Assembly: GCA_964385715.1 (NCBI GenBank) | Contig: CAYLRE010000001.1 | Coordinates: forward strand, 1,672-65,671 | DNA length: 64,000 bases | Direction: 5' to 3' | Source of the DNA: an uncultured Planctomycetaceae bacterium | GTDB lineage: Bacteria; Planctomycetota; Planctomycetia; Pirellulales; UBA7805 | Part shown: positions 46,320 to 55,173 of the stretch, piece by piece | How positions within the stretch are numbered: the stretch's first letter is position 1 | Layout of the letters: each line of letters begins with the position of its first letter | Position numbers and translations under genes: made by a program | The notes under the pieces: generated by a model | What the model was told of the DNA's origin: nothing | The model's database searches: none | The model's input: only the letters and a program-made list of their open reading frames with translations

Positions 46320-46652
46320 ATGCAGGAAGAACGTGACTACTGGATTCCAACCTACAACCGCGAGTCTCGTTCGTTGACCGTCGTCCTCTACAGCCGCCGG
46401 TCGGCCAAACGGTTCTCGAATATCGTGCGGAAGATCCAAAAAATCCTTTGCCACTCGCGGAACGAATGGATCGTCTACTTCCAATCGGAATGGTTTGACG
46501 AAAAAGGATTGGAAGAGAAGGAATTCATCCGCTGGATCTATCGCGACAAGATCGTCACCACCGAAGAGTATGTCGGCGTGATTCGAGAACTGATGGAACA
46601 GAGCCGCTCAGCGGTTACGATTCACGAGGATTGGCGGATCGAGAAGTCGTAG
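46320..46652 (+). CDS. hypothetical protein (110 aa), visibly lower GC than its surroundings
   Basis: The sequence is MQEERDYWIPTYNRESRSLTVVLYSRRSAKRFSNIVRKIQKIL...EWFDEKGLEEKEFIRWIYRDKIV. The composition is protein-like, there are no stops, and I recognise no family. Confidence 0.5.
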   Translation: MQEERDYWIPTYNRESRSLTVVLYSRRSAKRFSNIVRKIQKILCHSRNEWIVYFQSEWFDEKGLEEKEFIRWIYRDKIVTTEEYVGVIRELMEQSRSAVTIHEDWRIEKS

Positions 46653-46971
46653 AACCAGTTCAGGGTGCCTCTGGCTTTGCCAGTGCTGGGGGCAGTGGAA
46701 TGACTCGTCTACTCGCTACGCCAGGTGGCTTGCCCGCGAGCATTGCGCCACGCATGTTCAACATTTGTTCCACAAATGTTCGCCGCTCTCGATGAGCATA
46801 CCGCCTGCGGTCGACCGCGATTTTGTTTGTTTTGAACCCACCAGGTGTGATAGGCTTGCTCTTGATGTCACGTCGGACTCGCCATACCAACAACTGACGC
46901 GTCGGGTGACATTTCCGTTCTTTGACAACTTAGTTAGATAGGCTGAAGTCTTGAGACGTGAGGCTCGAGGG

Positions 46972-47029
46972 TGCTACCGGCACGTCCACTCGCCGCTTAA
47001 CGTCGGCTCAGCAGGAGCTTCGCCCTCCC
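46972..47029 (-). repeat. A-type repeat module (reverse orientation)
   Basis: The minus strand reads GGGAGGGCGAAGCTCCTGCTGAGCC...GCGAGTGGA...CCGGTAGCA, which parallels 46066-46143. Confidence 0.7.
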
Positions 47030-47226
47030 AAGAAACGTGCCGACTTTTTTTTGGCGTTGCGCGCAAATCGGGCGAATTTACTCCAACGCCTGACAGCCCA
47101 AAGAGTTGCGACAAAAACAGCGGCCACCCGCCAATAGCGCAACTCAAGTCGCACCAGCAGTTTGGAGTTTTTTCACCCCAACCCCGTTTTCGCTCATATG
47201 GCAAAAAAAGTCGGCCCACACCTCCT

Positions 47227-47484
47227 TTATTCCAGCACCCCATACACGTCGCCAGCTTCGTCTTTCTTGGCGTCTTCGTAGGGGGCCGCCACGCGGCGAT
47301 AGAGTTCCAGCTTGACACACTCGACCGCACCGACCGCCTCGTTCAGATGGGCGTAGCGGATGCCACCCTTCCGAGCGATGTAGTCATCCACGATCTTGGT
47401 GAGCACGTAATTCAACTCACCAGCCGTCTCTGGCTGGCCACCGCCAGCAAGTCGGTCGCGGGCCGTCTGATCGATATAGGGCAT
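47227..47484 (-). CDS. small conserved hypothetical protein (85 aa)
   Basis: I use the internal ATG at 47484. The sequence is [85 protein letters not shown]. The GELNY...ECxKLExYRR..APYED pattern looks familiar from small proteins in diverse bacterial and phage genomes, but I cannot name the family with confidence. Confidence 0.55.
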   Translation of the reverse strand: MPYIDQTARDRLAGGGQPETAGELNYVLTKIVDDYIARKGGIRYAHLNEAVGAVECVKLELYRRVAAPYEDAKKDEAGDVYGVLE

Positions 47485-47685
47485 GGGGGATTCCTGCCTG
47501 CGAGATTGGGTGTGAAGAAACGGTGTGGAGGGAGCCTGCGGATTCTTGATCCACCAAATCGCCATCGGCCGAGGATTCCGCATGATTTTTCCGTCCCACC
47601 GTAACCGAAACGGCCAGGCGCGCGTATAACAGATCAATCACGACCTTTCCCTTCTCGTTCGCACGTCTTCTCAAGGACTTAAGCC

Positions 47686-48741
47686 ATGTGTCGCGTTGTT
47701 GCCCTCGGTTTGACTGGGTTTTCAATCCTGACTGCTAGCGTGCTCGTCAGCGGTCAGCAGGCCGCCGCCGGCTCGCTCGACGCGTCTCAGGTTGCCACCG
47801 GGGCCAAATGGGTGATCCATTTCGATGCCGAAGCGATGCGAGCGTCCGATCCCGGCAAGATGATGCAGGCCAAGTGGCTTGGCTCCGATCGGGCCAAGAA
47901 GAAGATGGCCGAGGCGGTCGAAAAGCTCGGCATGAACCCGGCCAAGGATATCGTTGATGTCACGCTCTACAACGACAACTTCAAGCGGCATCGCGGTGTG
48001 GTCCTGATTCAGGTCAGCAAGATCGACGGAGCCAAGGCTCTGGCCCACCTCAAAGAAAAGCACCCGGACGTCCGCAAGACGACCTACGAAGGGCAGGACC
48101 TCTTCACCTGGAAAGCTCGTCATCCCAAGGGCGATCAGGAATATATGACCAGCACCCTGTTCGACGATTCGACGATTGTGATGTCGAGTGAGATGACCAA
48201 GGTAATGGACGCTCTCGATGTTCTCTCCGGTCGCAAAGAGAGTCTTTCGCCCGCCGCTCCCCTCGGCGCGGCAGCACCCGCAGGCAGCATCATCGTGATG
48301 CGAGCGATCGACATGGCCGGTGCCGACCTGCCTGGCAAGTGTCCTGTACTCAAGCAAAGCGAGAGCTTCTCGTTCGTCGGTGGCCAAGACGGTGAGAAGC
48401 TATTCGCCACCACGGTGCTGACGGGCCAGAACGAAGGCGTCGCCAAGAACTCGGCCGCCGTAATCGAGGGCTTCCGAGCGATGATGTCGCTCAAGGCGAT
48501 GAGCGACGCAGAAATGATGCCGCTGGTGGCCGGTCTTTCGACCAATGTCGACGGCAAAACGGTCACTATCGACTGGCGCATCAAATCGGCCGATGCAATG
48601 AAGGCCATGGCCAAGATGAAGAAGAAGTGGCACGGCAAACATGGCAAACACGGCTGGTGGAAGAAGCACGGCCACCGTAAGCACTGGCACAAAAAACACC
48701 ACGACGAAGCGGGCAGCGACAAGAAGAACCGTGACGCGTAG
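47686..48741 (+). CDS. secreted hypothetical protein with His/Lys/Trp-rich C-terminal tail
   Basis: The signal peptide is MCRVVALGLTGFSILTASVLVSGQQAAA. The tail is KKKWHGKHGKHGWWKKHGHRKHWHKKHHDE. Confidence 0.6.
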   Translation: MCRVVALGLTGFSILTASVLVSGQQAAAGSLDASQVATGAKWVIHFDAEAMRASDPGKMMQAKWLGSDRAKKKMAEAVEKLGMNPAKDIVDVTLYNDNFKRHRGVVLIQVSKIDGAKALAHLKEKHPDVRKTTYEGQDLFTWKARHPKGDQEYMTSTLFDDSTIVMSSEMTKVMDALDVLSGRKESLSPAAPLGAAAPAGSIIVMRAIDMAGADLPGKCPVLKQSESFSFVGGQDGEKLFATTVLTGQNEGVAKNSAAVIEGFRAMMSLKAMSDAEMMPLVAGLSTNVDGKTVTIDWRIKSADAMKAMAKMKKKWHGKHGKHGWWKKHGHRKHWHKKHHDEAGSDKKNRDA

Positions 48742-48801
48742 TTAGAACGCGAGCACGTTCCTCACTAATTTCTGAAAACTCTCGCCACCGCTGCCACGCC
48801 C

Positions 48802-49479
48802 ATGAAATCACTTGAAGACCTGCTAGGATGCGGTCTGGAAGAAGATCACGAACCGGCGATTGCGCTGATTCGTAAATGGATTGCTTCGGCCAGTAACGAC
48901 GTCGAGATCCTACCGCCGGCCAGCAATCGGGACCAAATCCTGCTCGATGTGCAGCTGAGCATCTTCTCCACGCTGGGAGCCGTCATCTACGAAACCGGTG
49001 GTCTGCTCGTCGACCATGGCTGGCTACGCTTCCTAGGCTCGGGAACTTCTAGCTCGGACAATAATCGCCTCACGCGGGTGATTTCCGACTGGAACAATAC
49101 CCGTAGCGACAGCTTCTTTCTCTTTGCGGATGACACTGTCGGCGGCTTCTTCGCCCTCAACGGCGGCGCCTTGGGCAGTGACCTCGGACAGGTCTACTAC
49201 TGGCCCCCCGACTCCCTCGTCTGGGAGGCGCTTGAGCTGGGCTACAGCGATTTCTTGCGTTGGTCACTCACCGAGGCAACGGCCGAGTTCTGCCAGGACC
49301 TCCGTTGGGACGGTTGGCAGGAGGACGTCGCGTCACTTTCGGGCGATCAGTGCTTCTCCTTCGCCCCGCCATTGTGGACAAGAGAAGGCCACATCGAATC
49401 GAGTTCGCGCGCCGTGATCCTGGCGGCCGAAGCCTTCGATGTGAAAATGGATATGCTCGCACAGCTTACCAGCGACTAA
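48802..49479 (+). CDS. DUF2625-family protein
   Basis: The sequence is GAVIYETGGLLVDHGWLRFLGSG...FADDTVGGFFALNGGALGSDLGQVYYWPPDSLVWEALELGYSDFLRW. It matches my memory of DUF2625 consensus blocks. Confidence 0.6.
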   Translation: MKSLEDLLGCGLEEDHEPAIALIRKWIASASNDVEILPPASNRDQILLDVQLSIFSTLGAVIYETGGLLVDHGWLRFLGSGTSSSDNNRLTRVISDWNNTRSDSFFLFADDTVGGFFALNGGALGSDLGQVYYWPPDSLVWEALELGYSDFLRWSLTEATAEFCQDLRWDGWQEDVASLSGDQCFSFAPPLWTREGHIESSSRAVILAAEAFDVKMDMLAQLTSD

Positions 49480-49542
49480 CGACTCTCGCCGCAAGCCGCC
49501 GGAAGTACTGCACGAGCATACAAGGGAAATGCTTCTTGGCCT

Positions 49543-50673
49543 TTATCCCTGCGACCCGAATGAGAACTCCTTCTTGGTCGCCTGATCGCGAATGGCTTCG
49601 ATCAAGGCCTCGTCAAGCGAGGCTTCGTCCGAATCTTCCGCCATCTCCTTTCGCTTGTCGGCAACGTACTTGGTTCGAGCGGCGTTCAATTCGTTGATCA
49701 TCTTCTTGATCGCGTCACGCTGCTTCTGTTTCTCCGCGACATAGGCGACTCGTTGCTCGAGCGTCATTTCCCGCATCGCTTCGGGTAGATCCTCTACAGC
49801 GATCTTGGCGAGGTCGACCTTGTTATCGCGAACCGCGTCACACAAGTCCCATGCGGCGTTGTTATAGAAGGCGTTCGCCTTGGCCACGGCTCTTTGTTGA
49901 GAACTGGCGACGGAAGACGCGCTGGCGTTTTCATCCTGTTCGGCCTGTCGACCCGCTCCCGCCTTACCTTCCTTGCCATAGGCGATATAGGTGTTGTTCA
50001 AATCGATGCCTAACTTGGCAATCGTCTTGTCTTGGGGCGCTTCAATGTGCACCACCGCCTGGGTGTGATCGATATTCATCGATTGACCGTCAGCCAGCAG
50101 CGCTCCATCGCGCCAATCATCGGGGATTCCTGTGCCACAATGAATCGTGTTGATTGTGATTCCCTTGGCTGCGGCCGCACTACAAGCTTCACGGTAGTCA
50201 ACTGGACCTTGCGTAAAGGGTTCATTGCCGGCGATAAAGATCAACTTCAAATCGCCGCGATGATCGCTCCACTCCAATTCGTTCACTGCCGTCTGAATGA
50301 CCTGACCACAATATTCGCTTCCGCCGGAGACCGGAATTCCGAACAGGACTTCGGAAACGCGATCCAAGTCATCCGTCAGACCAACCAGTTTCGTGGCCGG
50401 CGGATTGCCGTAGTGATAGATGGCCACCTGCAAAAGCGGACGCTGATCCCCCACTTTTGCCGTAACAAACTCATTGACGACCTTCCAGAGTTCGCTACGG
50501 GCCTGGTTAATCAAACCGCTCATACTGCCGGAATTATCCAGCAGAATCGCAATTTGTACGAGCGGTCGCCTGGCTTCAGGCTTCACCGCACCCGACTCGG
50601 CACGCGCGTCGGCAACCAACGTCAAGGCAATCAACGAAACAAGACAGATGAACGGAATTATGCGGCGTGACAT
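49543..50673 (-). CDS. secreted vWA-domain protein with C-terminal coiled coil
   Basis: The signal peptide is MSRRIIPFICLVSLIALTLVADARA. The MIDAS context is VQIAILLDNSGSMSG...LIFIAGNE. Confidence 0.75.
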   Translation of the reverse strand: MSRRIIPFICLVSLIALTLVADARAESGAVKPEARRPLVQIAILLDNSGSMSGLINQARSELWKVVNEFVTAKVGDQRPLLQVAIYHYGNPPATKLVGLTDDLDRVSEVLFGIPVSGGSEYCGQVIQTAVNELEWSDHRGDLKLIFIAGNEPFTQGPVDYREACSAAAAKGITINTIHCGTGIPDDWRDGALLADGQSMNIDHTQAVVHIEAPQDKTIAKLGIDLNNTYIAYGKEGKAGAGRQAEQDENASASSVASSQQRAVAKANAFYNNAAWDLCDAVRDNKVDLAKIAVEDLPEAMREMTLEQRVAYVAEKQKQRDAIKKMINELNAARTKYVADKRKEMAEDSDEASLDEALIEAIRDQATKKEFSFGSQG

Positions 50674-50988
50674 CGGTGGTCTCCTTGCAAACTCGTGCTA
50701 CGGTTAACGAGGACTCGGTCAAGACTCGTTCTCTTCTACGAAATTTTACGTCCACAGTTGTCAGCCGAGTGTAAGTTGTTTGTAAGACGTTTGCCGATCG
50801 ATTGGCCGCCCCGTTCCCTTGATAACCAGAGACTCGCTGAATCATCACTGCGCAATAAAGAAGCGAGCCGTGGCTGGGAACGACCACGACCCGCTCAAGC
50901 GCCAATGAAGGCGCCGAGGTGGAACGACTTCTTCTTGCCTCCGTCGTCACGGAGCGATATCTGCTCTGGGATGACGGCTAACACCTCT

Positions 50989-51014
50989 TAAAAAACGCGT
51001 TGTTTGGAACGCGT
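50989..51014 (-). terminator. intrinsic terminator of the 51018-51623 gene
   Basis: The minus strand reads ACGCGTT-ccaaac-AACGCGT followed by TTTTTTAA, starting 4 nt after the stop codon. Confidence 0.6.
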
Positions 51015-51017
51015 GGC

Positions 51018-51623
51018 TTAGAACGCGTGGCCCAGACGGATCGACCAACCACGTCCACCCAAATCGATTCCAACCACGCTGTTCGCCGGAATCGGGCGAG
51101 CGTAGTGTACTGGCGCTCGGTTGCGGTCACGCTGTCGCTGTCGCAAGGCGATGCGCACATCGTCCTGCAAATGGTTCACCAGACTCTGCAACTTCCGCAC
51201 TCGTTGACGAGCCAAACGAGCATTACCGCAGTAGTGGCCCGCGCGACGATCATGACGCACGGTTTCGTTGATGACGTTCATCAAGTCACGCAGATGACAC
51301 ACTTTGGCATCCAGGCGGCGCAGATCGCGGTTCAAGTGACGTAAGCTTCCGCCATTGTGAGCCACGTCGTGAACGTGCCGGGCCGTGCGGGCAATGTCAC
51401 GAGCATCGGCCATCAACTCGCCGTAGTGCGGCGCGTGACGGAAACTATGTCGCAGGTTACGGGCGAGCTGCCTCGCTTCCTGTTCGATGCGATTCGCAAT
51501 ACGGTCGATATGGTGATCCGATGCAGCTTCCGATCGACTGGGGCTGACGACGAGAAGGCCGGCGACCGCCACGATCATGGCGATGGATGTCTTAGCGATG
51601 TTGGACGTCTTGGAATGCGTCAT
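51018..51623 (-). CDS. secreted His/Arg-rich helical hypothetical protein
   Basis: The ATG at 51623 is preceded by GAGGAGG at a 9-nt spacing. The signal peptide is MTHSKTSNIAKTSIAMIVAVAGLLVVSPSRSEA. Helical segments rich in R and H recur (RNLRHSFRHAPH, ARHVHDVAH, HLRDL). Confidence 0.6.
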   Translation of the reverse strand: MTHSKTSNIAKTSIAMIVAVAGLLVVSPSRSEAASDHHIDRIANRIEQEARQLARNLRHSFRHAPHYGELMADARDIARTARHVHDVAHNGGSLRHLNRDLRRLDAKVCHLRDLMNVINETVRHDRRAGHYCGNARLARQRVRKLQSLVNHLQDDVRIALRQRQRDRNRAPVHYARPIPANSVVGIDLGGRGWSIRLGHAF

Positions 51624-51999
51624 CTTTCGTACCTCCTCGTTCAAAGGTTGACTCGAAACGGAATCTCGAGGCGGCCCCGGCTAAGACGCGTTCTACGTGC
51701 GTCAGAAAGGGATGCCCCGCTAATGAGAACGAAGGAGGTTAAGAGCATTCGACGTGCCAAAGCCCAGAGAAACCCCGACTAAATTCGCCGCAACAATATT
51801 CACAACAAGAACTTGCAACGTCGACGAGTCAACCATCTCGACCGATTGCGAGTCGAACACCCAAACCAAGAAGTGTAGTCACCATGATTCTCAGGTGATC
51901 ATATAGATGGCGCGTAGACACCGCAGCTAAGCGGTTTGGCGACTGCCAGTCGATGTTGCTAACTGCCAAGAGAGCCTAAGGAACAGCCAAAAGCCAAGG

Positions 52000-52524
52000 C
52001 TAACCGTCGACCAGGCCGCTGCGAATTGCGAATCGCACGATGCCGGCGGTGCCGTGGGTACCGAGCTTCTTGTGAATTCGCGTGCGGTAAGTCTCCACCG
52101 TCGAGCTGGAAAGTCCCAATTCCTCGGCGATCTGGTCGGTATGCAGATCCTCGGCGATCAGACGGGCGACTTCCGTTTCCTGCTTACTTAAATCGTGCTT
52201 CATCGGCAGCTGCTCGCCGATCATGATCGCGACCAGGTCGTCGGGAGCAACCGCCTTCGATTCGTCCCACATCAGGCTAATGAAACAGCACCGCAGCGTC
52301 CCGAGTTCCGGATAAGAGACCTCGCAATATTGCGGCTGTCCGGTCAGCTGACACTCGGAAAAAGCCTGCCGCAAACGAGCACTGTCTTCGGCGGAACTGA
52401 GTCCTCCGAGCGTCATACCAATCACGTCCGCCGATTCACCGTCGATAACCAACGAATCGCAGCTAAAAAACTGCCGATAGGTCGCTTTACGGTCCAGTGC
52501 TGCCACAAAATGAATCAAATGCAT
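52000..52524 (-). CDS. LuxR/FixJ-type HTH transcriptional regulator with N-terminal sensor-like domain
   Basis: The C-terminal LSKQETEVARLIAEDLHTDQIAEELGLSSSTVETYRTRIHKKLG is a GerE/LuxR HTH. The N-terminal 110 aa or so are not a receiver domain. Confidence 0.8.
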   Translation of the reverse strand: MHLIHFVAALDRKATYRQFFSCDSLVIDGESADVIGMTLGGLSSAEDSARLRQAFSECQLTGQPQYCEVSYPELGTLRCCFISLMWDESKAVAPDDLVAIMIGEQLPMKHDLSKQETEVARLIAEDLHTDQIAEELGLSSSTVETYRTRIHKKLGTHGTAGIVRFAIRSGLVDG

Positions 52525-52560
52525 GCGATAGAATTCCCTTCTACGCTTCCCTATGTCGTC

Positions 52561-52626
52561 CTACACTGCCCCGGGGAAGTGTAGCGGTCACCGCTACATG
52601 TCGCCCCGACATGTGGCATAAGCCAC
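52561..52626. promoter_or_regulatory. cluster of four adjacent palindromes upstream of the LuxR-type gene
   Basis: The four palindromes are CTACAC..CCCCGGGG..GTGTAG (52561-52584), GTAGCGG-tca-CCGCTAC (52581-52597), ACATGTCG-ccc-CGACATGT (52596-52614) and GTGGC-ataa-GCCAC (52613-52626). They lie 37-100 nt upstream of the ATG at 52524. Confidence 0.45.
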
Positions 52627-52847
52627 TACAATTATACCTCAGATTTGCCGATTATGTAGCTGATATCAACAGCTTGTTAGCGGCCGCCCGCTCATAGTCC
52701 AATAGGTCTACTGGAACTGGCGAATCATAGGAGCCATGCGTGGTCGGAGCAAGACAGCTGAAGGGGCAGCGGCTGTCAGGCGGATGCTAGGACAATCGCG
52801 CAAAGTCGTTTGAGCACCGCACCGATCGCCGTTTAGAGTGATCCAGC

Positions 52848-52882
52848 GCCGTTTATCGGGCAACCGATAAACGGCTTTTTTT
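52848..52882 (+). terminator. perfect intrinsic terminator oriented for the + strand (no annotated + strand gene upstream of it)
   Basis: GCCGTTTATCGG-gcaa-CCGATAAACGGC is a 12-bp perfect stem followed by TTTTTTT. Confidence 0.65.
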
Positions 52883-52968
52883 GTTGCCCAACCACTAGGG
52901 GACACCCCCGTCGATTTTACGGGTTCCCGGTATTGCGCTGCCTCTGCACTGCCTATTCGAGTCTGCCG

Positions 52969-55017
52969 TTACGGCGTCACTCGCACAAAATGCCCAAAAT
53001 TCTTGTTGCTCTTCCGCAAGGCTCGCGTCCCGCGCCAAACCACTCCAACCGGCTCCTCTTGTTCGTCATCGACATCGAGAGCCATCGGCGTGCATTGAAA
53101 AGAATGCCAACTCTTGCCCTGCTGACTGGTGAGTAGCGAGACGGGAAGCGCCGCTTCCACCACGTAACCACCTTCGACCTTTCGCACGGCCGCGTTGCAC
53201 TGACTGGTGCGTTCCTTGTAGGCGAAGATTTCTAACTCGCTGTCGTGGTTGCCTGCCTTGAAGCCGACCGAATGGCTACCGGGGCCAAGCGTCGAAGTCT
53301 GCGAGCGAATCGAAATCGGTCGACCATCAAGCAGCAACACCAACTCGTCTTTCCCCTCGACAACACGATCGTCCGTGACGCGAGCCGCAAAATAAATAAA
53401 CTCGTCATCCCGCGCGACATCGAACACGAACGAACAATCCTGCGGCCCCTGATACTGCTCGGCCGGCCCTAACAGCACCGGCGGGTTCGGCGTGCGATGC
53501 GAAAGCTCAGGCCACTCGTCCAACTTGCCGTCGAGTTTGATCGGCGTCTTCGTTGGCGGGCAATGAAAGCGGCGATCGATCACCACTGGCACTGCCTGTT
53601 CTGCCCGATAGGGCTTGCGCGCCGCCACAGCCGCATCGGTCTCTTCCGGACTGGCCCCTTCGGCTTTGACTACTTCGCCCGCTTCAGAATCGGCTGTTTC
53701 GATAAAGGCGCGAAAGACCGTCTGTTCCAAATCGGCGAACGGAATCGGCTCGTTGAACCGCACCTGCACGGACAAGGTCTTCGTTTCGCCGGCACCCGCT
53801 TCGAGCGTTAGGTCGACTGGATCAACAGTCAAACCCTTGAGCGGCAAACCTTCAATGCGACCGCTAACCCGCACGGGTCGATCGTATTCATTGATCAGCC
53901 GCACATCGATGCGGCCCTCGCTCAGGCTTTGTTTATCGTCCAGCAGAATCGGGGCCACCTCGACCTTGGCCTTGGCGAGAAAGGCTCGAAACTGCTTGAG
54001 CGTGTCCTCGTTGACCTCATCGCCCCCGACGATGCCGTCGAGCAGTAGGTTCACAACTCGCGGCCCGTCGTCTTCCATGGTCAGCCACATGATGTGGTCG
54101 AACTCGCCGTACTCTTTGCCGCGAAGCTCGGAGATTCCGCCGGTCGTGGCCAGCTGATAGAACTTCGTGCCGTTGCGATTGAACTGGGCGTAGAAGTGCG
54201 TGTGCCCGGCGAAGACCGTGTGCTTGCGATCGTGCAACAGATCCTCGACCGGCTTCCAGTTCGAAATGTCCTTCATGCCGAAACCGAGCCACCGCTCGCG
54301 AATCACCCACAACGGTTTGTGCAAAAAGACCAGCGTCCAGCGGGCGTCCTTCGACTTTTCCAAGTCCTTCTTCAGCCAGGCAAGTTGTTCATCGCCAATG
54401 CGGAAGTTCGGATCCTCGCTGCAAAGGCAAACGAAGTGCACGTCTTTGTAGTCGAACGAATAGTAGACCGGCCCAAACTTCTCACGCCACACGCGATGCA
54501 ACATCGGATTGGTCACATCGTGGTTTCCCGCCACGAAGAAGAACCGCATGTCCATCTGGTCGATGAAGCCGAGAAACTCCTTCCATTCTTCCTCGGCCTT
54601 CTCCTCACTGTCGGTGTAACCTTCGATCAAGTCGCCAACCGACATCACAAAGTCTGGTCGAAGCTGATTAACCGCGCGAACCGCCTTCATCCACACGCCT
54701 TTGCGATGTCCACCCGTACGATCGGTCATGATCGCGATCTGAAAACGATTCGGATCATCGAGCACCGGCTTGTCCGACCAAGGCTTCGGTCCGTCGATCT
54801 GCGGTAAGACCATCCCCTTGGGTGCGGCCGCCTTCTTCAAAGCGATCGTCTTGGCAATCTTCTTGTCGTGATCGTGATCACCGTGCTCGTGGTCATGGTG
54901 ACCATCGGCCCCCGGGGGGTGAGCAAGCGTGGGTGCCGCCAAAACCAAAGTGAATAAGAGGAGTGCCAAATTGCCAAACAAGCGTCGCAGCGATGAAGTC
55001 GTCATGATGTGGAGCAT
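52969..55017 (-). CDS. secreted metallophosphoesterase with large C-terminal beta-rich (carbohydrate-binding-like) region
   Basis: A signal peptide is followed by the His/Asp-rich stretch HPPGADGHHDHEHGDHDHD. The phosphoesterase motifs are MTDRTGG, SVGDLIEG, VAGNHD and AGHTHF. The product is 682 aa. Confidence 0.75.
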   Translation of the reverse strand: MLHIMTTSSLRRLFGNLALLLFTLVLAAPTLAHPPGADGHHDHEHGDHDHDKKIAKTIALKKAAAPKGMVLPQIDGPKPWSDKPVLDDPNRFQIAIMTDRTGGHRKGVWMKAVRAVNQLRPDFVMSVGDLIEGYTDSEEKAEEEWKEFLGFIDQMDMRFFFVAGNHDVTNPMLHRVWREKFGPVYYSFDYKDVHFVCLCSEDPNFRIGDEQLAWLKKDLEKSKDARWTLVFLHKPLWVIRERWLGFGMKDISNWKPVEDLLHDRKHTVFAGHTHFYAQFNRNGTKFYQLATTGGISELRGKEYGEFDHIMWLTMEDDGPRVVNLLLDGIVGGDEVNEDTLKQFRAFLAKAKVEVAPILLDDKQSLSEGRIDVRLINEYDRPVRVSGRIEGLPLKGLTVDPVDLTLEAGAGETKTLSVQVRFNEPIPFADLEQTVFRAFIETADSEAGEVVKAEGASPEETDAAVAARKPYRAEQAVPVVIDRRFHCPPTKTPIKLDGKLDEWPELSHRTPNPPVLLGPAEQYQGPQDCSFVFDVARDDEFIYFAARVTDDRVVEGKDELVLLLDGRPISIRSQTSTLGPGSHSVGFKAGNHDSELEIFAYKERTSQCNAAVRKVEGGYVVEAALPVSLLTSQQGKSWHSFQCTPMALDVDDEQEEPVGVVWRGTRALRKSNKNFGHFVRVTP

Positions 55018-55173
55018 GGTGGTTTATTCAGAAGATTGGTGGGTGAAGTCGAATTTGAGGTGCGCGTTCTTACACGCAGCCGGGGGATCCGTCGCCATGA
55101 TTGTGTATGAACCGACGGCGCTGGTAAAGTGACGCTCCAAGAACAATCCACCGCACCCTTCGGACAATCAGCC

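Noticed and set aside
46660-46893. A 77-aa minus-strand ORF (…RRYAHRERRTFVEQMLNMRGAMLAGKPPGV…), considered as a possible remnant of a mobile-element gene.
   Set aside because: I could recognise no integrase, transposase or other family motifs. It overlaps repeat words and has an unconvincing composition. It is mentioned only within the islet finding.
51004-51030. A direct repeat, GAACGCGTGGC-tta-GAACGCGTGGC, spanning the stop codon of the 51018-51623 gene.
   Set aside because: One copy forms the descending arm of the gene's terminator hairpin. The other encodes the last four residues (GHAF). The simplest explanation is a small local duplication or chance reuse of the ACGCGT palindrome, not a separate feature.
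52746-52823. A 25-codon + strand ORF (MRGRSKTAEGAAAVRRMLGQSRKVV) upstream of the orphan terminator.
   Set aside because: The AGGAG sits only 2 nt from the ATG, which is too close for a functional Shine-Dalgarno. The peptide is low-complexity and basic, and I have no conservation evidence. I keep it only as a possibility under the orphan-terminator finding.
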